Positions 10,860-23,569 of a DNA stretch of 64,000 bases are shown piece after piece. The notes beneath the pieces are model-generated. The model searched no databases. It worked only from the letters and a program-made list of their open reading frames with translations, and had not been told where the DNA came from. Every line of letters begins with the position of its first letter. Positions within the stretch are counted from its first letter, which is position 1. This stretch comes from Felis catus. Lineage: Eukaryota. The DNA is taken from positions 31,684,001-31,748,000 of the forward strand of contig NC_058368.1 of assembly GCF_018350175.1 (NCBI RefSeq), read 5' to 3'. The position numbers and the translations under genes were made by a program.

Positions 10860-11984
10860 AAAAGACATTGATTTTGGAAAAAGAGTAGCAGTGAAACAAT
10901 AAAACATCAACAACTGAGTTTCTCCTGTGAACCTGATTTGGGAGGGCGAAAGAGTTTATCATAGAAGTGATTTAAGTCTTCCTGCTCTTATGAGCATATA
11001 TTTTTTTCACTACTCAGTTGTACATGTCTGTTTCTCTTTGCAATGCTCAGTGTCTACTATTTCTTTTTGCAGTATCCTTCCTTATTCATTCATGATGCAA
11101 ACTTTCACAGCCTTACAAACACTGAAATCTAACAGGCACAGGTCTGTTCTTCAAAATGCTGCACATTTGCAGTTGTTGTATTTACTTACCCTTTTGGGAA
11201 GGTCATGTTCACTTCAAGCTCTTAGTCCTTTTAATGTCCCTTTGAACAGAAATTATGTTCTGCTATAACCCAAGAATTTATAGGGTTCACTGAGAATTGG
11301 CTTAAGGTTATCATGAGCCATTTCACCCTAACCTTCAAGAGGCTCAAAAACAGCTTCTTAAGTGTCAGCTAGGTACAGTGCTGACAAAATAGGGTAGTTC
11401 AAGTACCAAAAAGGTGAGGTGCATTGTACATATAACGTACTGAAAACAAGTATGTTCCAAGATGATTATTTAGGGAACTAATGTTTTCATAATTACATTA
11501 GAGATATATCTAAAGTGATGTTAAACTTCTCCATGCCTAATCTATGCTTCTAGCCCATGATGACGTTATGGAAATACAGTTCTTGAATATGTATGAATAA
11601 ATTTAAAATATTCAATCCAAAAATTAAGATTAGTAAATGATTTATTTTATATAGATGTCTTATATTCTCTATTTCCCTCCACTAACATTACCTACAAAGT
11701 ACATTGTATAGTGATAGTTAATATTCTTTTTCATATTGAAATATGTAATAGAATTTCATATTAAAATAATATTGAGTCATGTTTTGATACCAAATTGGCA
11801 TTTTATACTGGCAGAGAGACTCCTAAAAACTCTAGCATTCCCTGTTTACACAAAGCTTTAGAAAAATCAATATTCACCAACTTTGTTTATTTCAGAAATG
11901 ATGGCTAAGAGAAGTTTACCAGATTCCTAGCAATTTACAAATTTTTCTGTTACTCATTTGATATATCAGAATGATCCTGCATTG

Positions 11985-12102
11985 TTAAAATATATTCTCC
12001 TTGAACACCCATATTCATTGTAGCATTATTCATAATAGCCAAAATGTGGAAGCAACCTAAATGTCCATTAATGGATAAAGGAATTGTGATACACACATAC
12101 AC

Positions 12103-12140
<38 letters not shown>

Positions 12141-12292
12141 ATGTATATATAGAGAATATTATATATACACACAATGTATATATATATACATAGAATATTA
12201 TTCAGCCATATTAAAAAAGAAATCCTGTCACATACTACAACATGGATGAAACTTGGGGATATTATTCTACGTGAAATAAATTAATCACAAAA
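11985..12292 (+). mobile_element. L1 ORF2 C-terminal fragment containing a (CA)n/(TA)n expansion
   Basis: acacccatattcattgtagcattattcataatagccaaaatgtggaagcaacctaaatgtcca (TPIFIVALFIIAKMWKQPKCP) ... gaatattattcagccata. Confidence 0.85.
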
Positions 12293-12509
12293 ATCTATTT
12301 TAACTTTTATAATAAATTATTACTTTGATAATTTAATCTAGATCATTTACTCTATTTAGTTTCTATGAGAAATAAATTAATTGAAATATCAAATTGCAAA
12401 AGTATGGCATAATATCAAAATGTGATATCCTGGCCTAGTAATTTAGATCTTTGCCAAACTTATCTGAATGTCATCCCTCTCTGTGTCTCTCTCTCCCTGT
12501 CTCTCATAA

Positions 12510-12533
12510 ACACACACATACACACACGCGCGT

Positions 12534-12563
<30 letters not shown>
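12510..12563. repeat. Compound (CA)n(CG)n(CA)n alternating purine-pyrimidine microsatellite
   Basis: acacacacatacacacacgcgcgtgcgcgcgcacacacacacacacacacacac, read directly. Confidence 0.95.
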
Positions 12564-12564
<1 letters not shown>

Positions 12565-12760
12565 CTTGTTTTTACCTTATTTCCATCTTCTAACTAGAAA
12601 TATTATCCCAAGCACCATTATTGTTGGTTTTTTTCAGATAATCTGATTTCAATCACAAAAATTTTAAATGCAAGAGAATAAATTACCTATTTTTAACATT
12701 TTAAAATATAAAATAATATATATTTAGATGCATGATAAACAAAAAAAGAATAAATGGCAC

Positions 12761-12975
12761 AGGTGCCTGGGTGGCTCAGTCATTTGAGTGTCTGACACTT
12801 GATTTTGGCTCAGATCAGGGTCTCACAGTTCATGCGTTCAAGCCCTGCATCAGGCTACACGCTGACAATGTGGAGCCTGCTTGGGATTCTCTCTCTCTCC
12901 CTCTCTCCTCTCTCTGCCACTGCGCTTGCTTGCTCCCTCGATCTTTCTTTCAAAATAAATAAGTAAACTTTTTTT
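12761..12975 (+). mobile_element. Can-SINE
   Basis: aggtgcctgggtggctcagtc...ggagcctgcttgggattct...caaaataaat; gaataaat flanks both ends. Confidence 0.93.
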
Positions 12976-13197
12976 AAAGGAATAAATTCCATAATTGTAC
13001 ATATGCAATGATTATTTTAGCTTTTATTACTAGAGCGACATCAATAATAATGCTAATAAATATGCTTATGTTTATTTTTAATACCTTTCTAATTCCTCTT
13101 TTCTCAATTTAATATTTTTTGGGTAAGGCAAGTGATGATTTTGCAAAAACTGTAGCATAACTAGTCTGTATATTTGATGTAGAAAACAGAAACTTTA

Positions 13198-13411
13198 GAG
13201 GTGCCTGGGTGGCTCAGGTGGTTGGGTGTCTGACTTCAGCTCATGCCATGATCTCATAGTTCGTGAGTTCAAGCCCCGTGTAGGGCTCTCTGCTGACAGC
13301 TCAGAGCCTGCTTTGAATTCTGTGTCTCCCTCTCTCTCTGCTCTTCCCTCATTCACGCTCTGTCTCTCTCTCTCTCAAAAATAAATAAACATTAAAATTT
13401 TTTTTAAAAAA
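13198..13411 (+). mobile_element. Can-SINE (SINEC_Fc-like)
   Basis: gaggtgcctgggtggctcagg...caaaaataaataaacattaaa; agaaactt flanks both ends. Confidence 0.93.
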
Positions 13412-14269
13412 TAGAGAAACTTAAAATGGGTTTTAATTCAGAGATCAATATTGAAAAATGTGTATTTTTTTATTAGAGCTATAACCATAGCTAAGTTATA
13501 ACAATTATGATCCACCCAGTTCTCAGATTAAAAATGGAATAATGCTAAACTTACAGGGCTTTTATGAAGTTTAAATGAGATCCTAATTACATGTCTAACA
13601 TGACATTTGATTTTCTTTCTTTATTTCATTTCCACGAGTGAATATTTGATTTGATGATTTGAAACTCAGAGCACAGTTGCTCATATAAAATACAGAAGAA
13701 ATATTGCTGCTTTTCATTTCAGATTTCCACTAGGTAAAAGATGATAAAAATATTACTATTATAAACTATACAAATCACTAAAGAAAACCCACTGCTTTGG
13801 AAATCATTTCCAATTCATACACAGGACACTAGATATATTTGTTTATATACTTTTTATTTGTAGAAGTTCTAGTTGATCACTATCTACATGATGTGGTAGT
13901 AGATATGAATATTAATAAATCATTAATTCTGTGGTTTACAAAAACAAGACTTCTTCATCAAATTCTTGTTTCAAATTTAATAATTATTTGACTCAAAAAA
14001 TAAAAATAGAAACGAAGAATCCAGACTCTTGATTCCTAAAATACCCCTTTCGTCATGCAGATCGTTGCTAAATCAAGGGTTTTGTGATTCAAGTGCAAGC
14101 TGTACATGAAATTGCAATTATGACCATGAATCAATTTACCAGGTCATTAAGCCTAATAATCACAGCTTTACTTTTTATTATTATTATCATATAATTATTA
14201 ACATGATTCTTAAATAATGTTAGATATTATCATTAAAAAAGCTAGGTAACAATGTAATATAACAAGCTG

Positions 14270-14511
14270 CGATGTAGCCCTTTGCCAATTTGCAACAATT
14301 TGGAGAATGCTAAGGATGGAAAAATGGAAAGAACCTGGGTCCTGGCACCTGGGTGACTCAGCCAGTTAAGCGTCTGACTCTTGATTTTGGCTCCAGTCAT
14401 GACCTCATGGTTTGTGGCTTGAGCCCTGAGTTGGATAGCGTGGAGCCTGCTTGGGATTCTCTCTTCCCCCCTCTCTCTCTCTCTGCTCCTCCCCCATTTG
14501 TTCTGTTTCTT

Positions 14512-14559
<48 letters not shown>

Positions 14560-14790
14560 CCCCCTCCCCCCTCAAAAATAAATAACTAAATAAATATAAA
14601 AGTGAAGAAAAAAAGTAAGTTTCTTTAAAAAAAAAAATAAAAAGAACCTGGGTCACTGAATGTATGTATATACATAGGTCACTAGATCCTTCCCAGAATG
14701 CCTACTCTCAGACTCCTTATCACATATGAAAACACACATACACTTCTGTCATGCCACGATAAACTTTCTTTGGTATTCCATATTCTGAAA
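14270..14790 (+). mobile_element. Old MaLR LTR relic (MLT1J-like), split by a SINE
   Basis: aaggatggaaaaatggaaagaacctgggtc|actgaatg...tgcctactctcagactcctt resembles MLT1J-type LTRs (from recall). Confidence 0.4.
14343..14640 (+). mobile_element. Can-SINE with expanded (CT)n
   Basis: TSD aaagaacctgggtc at 14328-14341 and 14641-14654. Confidence 0.95.
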
Positions 14791-14831
14791 ATGTCTACCT
14801 CTACTTCAAATTTTTTTCTGTATTCAAGCAG

Positions 14832-15475
14832 TGTATCAGTTAGTACTTGCCAAACAAGCAAACAAACAGACAAACAAAAATCCCTAAATTCAATAGCTAA
14901 AAAAAACCCCAAAACAATCATTGGAGCATCTGATTATCTCTGCTGGTTAAGAGTTCAACTTTGGCTCGGGTCATGATGTCACAGTTCTCAAGTTCAAGCC
15001 CTGCATCAGGCGCTCTGCTGTCAGTGGGGAGCCTGCTTCAGATCCTCTGTCTCTCTCTCTGCCTCTCCCTTGCTCTTGTGTACATGTGCACATGCTCTCT
15101 CTCTCTCTCTCAAAAATAAACATTAAAAAATAACAAACATTTATTCTCACATCTGCAGATTTACATGCAGCTGGCTGATCTAACCTAACTAACCTGGGGG
15201 TTCTGCTGATCTCATCTAAACTTACTTCTGCCTCTGGGAGCTGTCTGTCCTTAGTGGGCTTTCTCATGTTCTTCCCACCAAGATGGTAGAAGCTGTAAAA
15301 GAACAATTGTGCAGGCACATTTCAAATATCTCCTTGTGACAGGTCTACTAACATCCCATTTGTGTTACAGAAAATCATAAGCCTAATGCATCATCACAGA
15401 AGTGAGGAAGTTTCATTTCCCATGGAACTGAGGGAGAGAAAGGGAACATTTCTGAGAAATAACCTAATCATACTT
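14832..15475 (-). mobile_element. MaLR LTR relic (MLT1-type), split by a SINE
   Basis: tgtatcagttag start, then aaacatttattctcac and gcacatttcaaatatctccttg...ctaacatcccatt, typical of antisense MLT1H-K. Confidence 0.5.
14923..15131 (+). mobile_element. Can-SINE
   Basis: ttggctcgggtcatgatgtcacagttc...gagcctgcttcagatcctctg; TSD aacaatcatt / aacaaacatt. Confidence 0.9.
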
Positions 15476-15699
15476 TAGAGTTTTTACATTAATATAAGAA
15501 GTGGTTAAACTCGTAACTTGTAGGCAGTGCAGAGAGCCTCAGAGCTCCAGTTATTTCCAAAAAGATCTCTGCTCTAACTTCCATACATCTCAGAGTAAAA
15601 AGGGGGCCCCAAACCATTGTGTGATCTTAGCCAAAACTCCTTACCAATCCCTATACCTGGCCAACAGTCATTTGTCTATCATGATAGACAGATGTCCTT

Positions 15700-16190
15700 T
15701 GTTGGAAGATTGTCCATAACCCTTTTGCATTGCTAAACATCTTGTGAGTAGAGTCACGGATAGCATTTGTTATAAACTATACTTACAAGATGCTTACATG
15801 GCAAACAGTCTTGAACGATGGAAATAATTACTTCTAGGAGCAGAAAGCAGATCCATTTTTTGTCCAGGGTAGAGTTCAATGTAATGTCTTTTCCTGAGGA
15901 AAGACTAGACAGGTTACCTTGTAGCCAAATATAAAACATTCGGTCTCCTTAAGCCTGGTGTTACTTATCTGTGATAGGAATATACTGCATGCACGGCTGC
16001 CCCCAGATCGCTCTTTATCACTCCCAGGGACTTCCAGGACACAAAGTTCATGCTGCTCGCTGGACTGTGAGTAATGAAGTCCTTTGTTTCTGACAGCAAT
16101 CTGTCTTTGGCCAGCATCTACAAAACAGTGGCAGTCTAACTTATAAGGTTGCAAGCAAGGTAAAATCTCAGAGCCTTCATGCTTCGTGCT
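15700..16190 (+). mobile_element. ERVL solo LTR (LTR40-like)
   Basis: Starts tgttggaaga...acatcttgtgagtagag. It has TATA-like tataaaa, then ctgtgagtaatgaagtcctttgtttctgac and gccagcatc...gtggcagtctaactt...ggtaaaatctcaga, matching LTR40 as recalled. Confidence 0.7.
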
Positions 16191-16752
16191 GCCTTTTGTC
16201 TTGGTTGATATCAATTACCAAGGTAAACCAGGGCTCACAGGGTCTTCCAGTTCTCACCTCCTCAGAGCTCTGTCCATACCTCCTTGCTAACCCATTTTTC
16301 ATTCTGTCTGAGCTCTGAAAGCACTTCTCCTGTGCCCTTAGAAACACTCCTAGTCAATAGCAAAATTCATTATACTCTGAACCCCTTCTCTGTGCTCTAT
16401 ACTCTCTTATTCTTTTACCCCTGCCTTGAGGATGCTGATTCTCTCAAGTGGGAACTGATTTTTTTCCTCCCACAGCATGGGGCTAGAAGTAGGGTAAAGA
16501 ATCCCTTTCTCCTTGCCTCCCCTTTCCAGCCCAGAAAAAAAACAAAAAATCAGCCTTGAATCTCAAGTCACCAAATAAAATCGACTGCTATCCTTCCTTT
16601 TTAAAAACCACTTAGCTATCTTTTTTAAAACAAATAATTGATATATAATTTTCATACTATAAAATTTATTCATTTTAAGTGTACAATTCAAGGATTTTAG
16701 TAATCACTTAGTAAATATTCTGTTATGCAACCATTACCATAATACAGTTTTA

Positions 16753-16987
16753 TCTTTTCATATTTTTTAAAAATTTTTTAATGTTTATTTTTTGAGAGAG
16801 AGAGAGAGAGAGACCGAGCATGAGCAGGGAAGGTGCAGAGAGATAGGAAGACACAGAATAGGAAGCAGTTCCAGCTTCCTCTGAGTTGTCAGCACAGAGC
16901 CCAACATGGGACTAGAATTCATGGACCTCGAGATCACGATCTGAGCCGAAGTCGGAAGCTTAACCCACAGAGCCACCCAGGCACCCC
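16753..16987 (-). mobile_element. Can-SINE (SINEC_Fc-like)
   Basis: TSD taccataat(a/c)cagtttta at 16735-16752 and 16988-17005. Confidence 0.95.
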
Positions 16988-17554
16988 TACCATAATCCAG
17001 TTTTAGAAAATTTTTTATCACTCCAATAAGATCCCTCCTGATGATTAATAGCTAATCTCCTTTCCTATCCCAGCCTTAGTCAACCACTAATCTATTTTCT
17101 GTTGCTATAGATTTGAATTTTCTAAACATTTCTTATAAATGGAATGATGAAATATGTGATATTTTCTGTGTGTATTCTTACAATTAGCATAATGTTCTTC
17201 AGGTTTATACATTTTGTAGCATGTCAGGATGCCATTCCTTTTTATTGCAAAATAGTATTCCATTGTTTAGATGAGCTCACTTTCCTGAACAATTCACCAG
17301 TTTATGGGCATTTGGTTACATTTATTGGCTATTATGAGTAATTCTCCTATCTACATTTGCTTTCAAGTCTTTATGCAGACATATATATTTTTTTATTTCT
17401 CTTGTGTGGAAACCTAGGAGTGGAATCACTTGATGATACAGTAAATTTATGTTTAATATTTTTAAAAAAACACCAAACTCTTTTTCAAAGGGGTTGTATC
17501 ATTTTCCATTTCCATAAGCACTCCATTTCTTCATGTCAACATGTGTTATGATCA

Positions 17555-17852
17555 CTTTTTTTTTTATTGAAGTATAGTTGGCATACAGTGTTATATTAGT
17601 TTCAGGTGTACAACATAGTGATTCAACAGTTCTATACATGATGCAGTGCTCACCGTAAGTGTTGTCACCATCTGTCACCATACAAAGTTATTACAGTATT
17701 ATTGACTGTATTCCCTATGCTGTAGTTTTTATCTCCCTGACTTATTTATAACTGGAAGTTTGCACCTCTTCATTCTCTTCATTTAGTTAACGCAGCCCCC
17801 TTCCCTTGCAACCACCAGTTTGTTCTGTATTTAAGAGTCTGTTTTTCGCTCT
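17555..17852 (-). mobile_element. 5'-truncated carnivore L1 3' end
   Basis: Poly-T, then attgaagtatagttggcatacagtgttatattagtttcaggtgtacaacatagtgattc, the carnivore L1 3' terminus in antisense. Confidence 0.85.
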
Positions 17853-18384
17853 TTTTCTACTGTACTCATTTTGGTGGGTGTGAAATGGTATCTCATTGTG
17901 GGTTTAGTTACCTAGAAATCTCTGTAGATTTCAGACTCTTACTAATTATAATTTAACTGAAAGCCCTCTCTGTCATTATTCTTGGTGTTTGTAAAAACCA
18001 CATACATGCTTTTTTAAATAATGTGATCTTTCAGTAACTAGACCTCCTTTTCCCTAACAACTTTCATAGGTTCAGTTCTATGAATCTGACATTTTTACAC
18101 CTTTTGTCTATCCCAGCTTACCCTTCACAGGGCTGCAAAGCTACTATTTTTTTTACTCTATCTAAGCATTTTTCCTTTGAATGCTTCTCATCCCCTCCAT
18201 GTACTCCTTTCCATCCATAACAGGCCTCAGTTCCACAGTTCATAATTTAATCTGTTTTTCAGTATCAATTCCCTCATCACAACTATGCTTCCTTTCATAC
18301 TTATCCATTGCAAGAGCCAGGTCTCTGCCTACTCCTGATGTTAACTGTTGCTCAAGAAAATCACAGTCCTGTTTACCGGCTTTA

Positions 18385-18415
18385 GTGTAGTTTAGTTTAG
18401 TTTAGTTATTTACTT

Positions 18416-18464
<49 letters not shown>

Positions 18465-18632
18465 TAGCAGGGGAGGGACAGTGAGAGAGGGAGAGAGAGA
18501 ATCCTAAGCAGGCTTCATGCTGGCAGGGCAGTGCAGAGCCTAATGTGGGGTTCAGACCCATGAACCGTGAGATTAAGACCTGAACCAAACCAAGAGTCAG
18601 ATGCTTAACCAACTGAGCCACCCAGGTGCCCC
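18385..18632 (-). mobile_element. Can-SINE with (GA)n expansion and (TTTAG)n-converted tail
   Basis: Ends aactgagccacccaggtgcccc at 18632; the tail region reads tttagtttagtttag. Confidence 0.93.
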
Positions 18633-19329
18633 GCAGCTTTATTTTAATGTCTTGACTGTTAGCGTCAAGTGAGCCCTTAGTGCTGCAAGGGAGACCTCCT
18701 ACATGTCCCTAGGCTTTCATTAGCCTGCAGTTTCCCATCTTGTCCTTTCACCTCATAACTCCAACTACCTTCTGCCCCCTTCTCACTTCCAGCTGACGAT
18801 TTCGCTTCTGAGAAAAGAAGCAATCACAAATAGTATTTTTCTCACCATGCATATATAAACCATATGTTCTGTGTTCCCACCTATTGCCAGGGAAGAAAAG
18901 TCTGTACTCTTCTGGAAAAACAACTCCTCCACTTGAGCACTACATCCCTCCCCTTTCACAAGGTTACAGCTCCATCCATTTTTCCCTCCCTTCACTGTCA
19001 TTTCCCTCCTCTACCTCTTGGATCAATCCCATTGGCATTCACTAATGCTATAGATCCCTCTTTAAAAACACAAAACAAAAAAACCAAAATCTTTCAGTCT
19101 TTCAAAAATATTGCTGTAGCTATTGCCTTTTTATGTAAACTTTCCTTGAAAAGAGTTATGCATACTCACTGGTTGAGATTCCTTTCTTTCCTCAACCACT
19201 TCACTGAAGCTTTCCCCCTCACTGCTCTTCTGAAAATGCATGTCGTGATCTCCAGTGGACCTACGCATTACTGAATCCCCAAATCATGTCTTTGTCTGTG
19301 GTGTCATGGTTGATGTTGATGATGACTTC

Positions 19330-19500
19330 CAGTGGGAGAAAAATTCTCTAGTTCTGAGTCTGCGGATTTTTGTGGTATAAAACACTCTGGCCATGGCCGA
19401 TTTCAAGCTTCTAACATGATGTTAATGAACACAACGTGAAAAAAAAAATCATGCAAGTGGCTCTCATTTGCTAGTAGAGTAAGTAGGTTCCACGCCCAAT
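19330..19500 (+). mobile_element. hAT-Blackjack MER63-like element
   Basis: gatttttgtggtataaaacactctggccatggccgatttcaagcttctaacatgatg...ggctctc matches the MER63A core as recalled. Confidence 0.65.
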
Positions 19501-19511
19501 GGATTGGTCTT

Positions 19512-19735
19512 TTTTTAAAAAAATTTTTTAACGTTTATTTATTTTTGAGACAGAGAGAGACAGAGCATCAATGGGGGAGAGTCAGAGAGAGAGGGAGACA
19601 CAGAATCTGAAACAGGCTCCAGGCTCTGAGCCATCAGCCCAGAGCCCGAAGTGGGGCTCGAACTCACGGACTGTGAGATCATGACCTGAGCCGAAGTTGG
19701 ACGCTTAACCGACTGAGCCACCCAGGCGACCCCCT
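19512..19735 (-). mobile_element. Young Can-SINE (SINEC_Fc)
   Basis: Near-consensus with CpGs retained. Perfect TSD atggattggtctt at 19499-19511 and 19736-19748. Confidence 0.97.
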
Positions 19736-19899
19736 ATGGATTGGTCTTAATGGATGTTGCTTTACCTGCAATATTTCACGTATTGAATCATTCAGTACTT
19801 CTCAATTCAATACTGCATACATTTCTGGAAAATTCCTTTTTCTGATATTACTCCTATAAGGTGGTTTACCTCTTCCCAGGCTCTTGTGTGGAACTGGTT

Positions 19900-20760
19900 T
19901 ATACTCCTTATTTCTGGGTCTTGGAATTCTCCATTGTTGTATCCTGGTAACTCTTTTCTTTTTCATTTACATGCTAATGTTAAGATCTCATGTAAGGCCT
20001 TGAAATTAAATACCTTCTTTATATCCAAATATCTTGTTCAGATTTATCTCAAATTGCCTGAATTCATATATCAAATTATAAACTCAGTATCTTCACTCGG
20101 ATATTTAAAATTTAACATGTCCACTAATAAACTCTGGGCATTCTTTTCCCAGACCTGCTGTAACTACAATATTTTCCATTCTTCCAGTTGCTTATTCCAA
20201 ATGTCTGAGTGGCATTCTTGACTCTTCTTTTTTTCTCACGTCTATATGTCTATCCTGACATCTTTGTTTTCAGACAATATTCAGAATCAACTGCGTCTTG
20301 GTATCTCCATTACAACCACTTTGCTCCACATCATCATCACATTTCATAGACATTATTTCAATTTGTCTTCTAGTCTCCCTGTTTCCACCGTTTCTTATAT
20401 ATTCTACAAACAGAAACAAACAAAAATGCAAACAAATAAACAAAAACAGTGTTCTTCTGAATAGTATGACCTATTATATCACTGTTCTGTTCAACTTTAA
20501 AATGTTTTTTTAGCTCAAAGTTAAGTCTTTACATTGCCCTACAAATTTCTATGTGGACTGACCCTCTCGATCTTGATAAATCTTATTTGCCATCACTCTC
20601 TCCTTCACTTATGTAGTCCCTATTATACCAATGCTGAATTGCTCAAAGCATGCTCTCTTTCAAGTGTCTGAAACGTTTTACCCTATATACCTACATGGTT
20701 CATGCGCTCACTTCCTTAAAATGTTTGTTCAAATGTCAAATTCTCAGTGATACATTCATA
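19900..20760 (+). mobile_element. L2 LINE relic
   Basis: tatcttcactcggatatttaaaatttaacatgtcc, gcattcttgactcttc, tccacatcatcatc, ctcacttccttaaaatgtttgttcaaatgtca. Similar pyrimidine-rich L2 pieces lie at about 18000-19300. Confidence 0.55.
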
Positions 20761-22439
20761 AAGAACTTAGGGCACAATATTGGAATTTAATTTTAGTTCT
20801 GCCTTCCCACACACAAGCACATAATAGAAATGTGGCCCTTGATCTTTCATGACTCTGCATTAATACATTCACCAGCTGCACAACTGTTTCTTTATGTGTA
20901 TGTGTTTATGACTGTTTTCTTTTACTGCATATTCTGAAAACATATCAATGAAAAATTTTTTATTCTGGACCTAATAAGCCAAATGATGAAGATGAGGTTG
21001 TCATGTGGTCTAACCCTTTTGAATAAGATTCAACATGTTCTCCTCCAAAACATTGCTCTGTACAGGCAAAAAATAACTCTATTTTGGATTCAGTAACCCA
21101 GGAATTTAATGTTTTAACACTAAAACATTGATTGGCTTACATAGTCATATATATCATAGAAAGGTTGATATTTGCTTAAACTTTACATCGTCTAATTCAG
21201 AATCCCATCCAAGGTATCCTTTATTGGAAAAATAAGAAAATTGTTTGCCCCAGTCCACCATACCATGAATTCTTTCTGAGAAGATTACAAATCTGGGGAT
21301 AATTTTAATTTTCATTTCTTTTTAATTGGTAGTTATCTGTGAACTTGATCTCATTTTCATTAGATTCTCTAAATGTATGTTAGAGACGAATGTGTTGCGA
21401 GGAGATAATGTACAACTTTATAAGTCCCTACAGCTATATGGATATGGCAGGCCTTATGATCTAGCATTGCTTAAAAGCTATGGTTCCTTGAATGCAAGGT
21501 TAAACAAAGTTTAATGGAAAATATAGATTAGTGTTATTTTCATGGCTCAAAAGTTATGGTTTTTAATTATAATCATTTATACTATTGGAGAAAAATATGG
21601 TTTAATAAAAAAACCAGGATTTTTGTTTTGTTTTTTTAATCACACATCTTCTTGGAACCTATGTTGCTTCCTGAGAGCAAAATAAGTCCTCAGAGAAATG
21701 AATGGATTCCTTTGAGCTACTAAGATACAACTTTGTAACACTGTTGAGCATTCTATTAACAGGCCAGAGGGGGAAACTGGTATATAAATACAGGGAAAGG
21801 AATTAATATGGAAGAGAATGGAAAACCAGAAGGAGCAAGTCTGAATATAAGTAAAGAAAATGTGAATGAGATATAGGACCAAGGGATTGTGATCTTTGTA
21901 ACATATTTCTCTCAATCCTCTCCCTTTTTTGAATCTATTTCAATCTAGCTTTTTTTTTTTTTTCTGTGCATTGCTTTTGACCATAATAGAACAGTACAAA
22001 ATACATTTCTAAAGAAACTGGCATCAACTAAGCCATACTCTGCAAAACCCAAGCTAAAGATAAGGACAATAACATGTGGACTTTTACAACAAATGAGCTT
22101 ATGTGATTATTGTTTTCAATTCTGTAGCTGTGAATGAACAAAGAACAGAGAAACATCCATGGGCAACAGTGGTATAAACAGAAGTGATACAAAGTGGACT
22201 AGATCATACAGATGTGGCTGGAAGAAAATGAAATAAATTAAACATGAGTCCTTAGATCATGGTATGCAACAGGGAATGGAAGAATGATTTATTGAAATGT
22301 TGTGATTTGGCAAATGTTATTAAGCCACAAGTCAACATTTTGTATAAGATTATGTTGAAAGTTAAGCTGCGTCTTACTTCCTAATTTACTATAATAGAAA
22401 TTCATTTTAATTAAATTTGGTTGATTCATTGACTCATTC

Positions 22440-22690
22440 TCCATCTATCCACTCATTCATTCATTCATTCATTATTAATTAATCCAAAGCATATTCATTA
22501 AAAAGCTACTATAAGCTATGTACTTTATATGGGGACACATGAATGGAAAAGCAGAATAGTTCCTGCCATAATGCAAAGAAATAAATGAGATTATTTCAGA
22601 TAGTCATAGAAGCTATGAAGAAATGAATTTTGTGTTGAGATAGAGAAATTGACAAAGATATGCCACTTTATTAGGATAGTCTGGGAAGCT
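22440..22690 (-). mobile_element. L2 3' end relic
   Basis: (TCAT)n tail followed by agctactataagctatgtactt...ggggacacat...tagttcctgcc, the antisense L2 3' end. Confidence 0.5.
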
Positions 22691-23569
22691 ATAGGTGTTG
22701 GATTTTTCTACATCAACCTGCTGAGCCAGGACCTTTGACAAATGGTAACTGGAAATGTGCCCAAAACACAACTAAACAAAAAACAGAACACCATGAGAAA
22801 AGCAATTTAGGTCAATATTAATCTAAATGTAACAATTTTTGTTATATACCACTTGAAGCTGGATAGAGAGAATTGGCCACCTATATTGAAATTACTTGTG
22901 ACAACTATACAAAATTATTTAGAACATTGACTAAAAGGTGTAAAATTAGCTTGAATGTGTTTCTTAATAGGTTTTGGTACAGTATGAACTCATAAGTTTT
23001 TACACTGCATCATATATATTAATATCACATAGAGCCCTCATTATAAAAGAAAATGTTGGTAATTTTATTTGTTGCTTGGATTCTAACACATCCATAATAC
23101 TAGATTTTTAAATCCTAGAACTCTTTTAAAGAGGCATTTTATAAGATGTGTAATTTCTAAAGTGTGATGACATAAAAAAGTGACATTGGAAAATTATGAG
23201 GAGGAAGGGGAAAAGGAGAGAGACATCTTCAGACTCACATATTTTGAGTTAATAAGGAAAATCAATTATGCAGAAGGAGAGAATTTTGAATCAAGCTTTA
23301 GTATAGTTTATAATGCAACCCAGGCATTAGTCAGACTTTTTTTTTTTAATTTACATCCAAATTAGTTAGCATATAGTGCAACAGTGATTTCAGAAGTAGA
23401 TTTCTTAATGCCTTTTATGCATTTAGCCCATCCCCCCTCCCCCAAACCCTCCAGAAACCCTCTGTTTATTCTCCGTATTTAAGTCTTTTATGTTTTGTCC
23501 CACTCCCTGTTTTTATACTATTTTTGCTTCCCTTCCCTTATGTTCATCTGTTCTGTGAGTGAAGTCATA

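Larger units (their letters stand above)
16615..17910 (-). mobile_element. Old L1 (L1MB-like) 3' end, interrupted by a SINE and a younger L1 3' end
   Basis: attgatatataattttcatactataaaatttattcattttaagtgtacaattca ... caaccactaatcta ... gtgggtgtgaaatggtatctcattgtgg. Confidence 0.8.
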
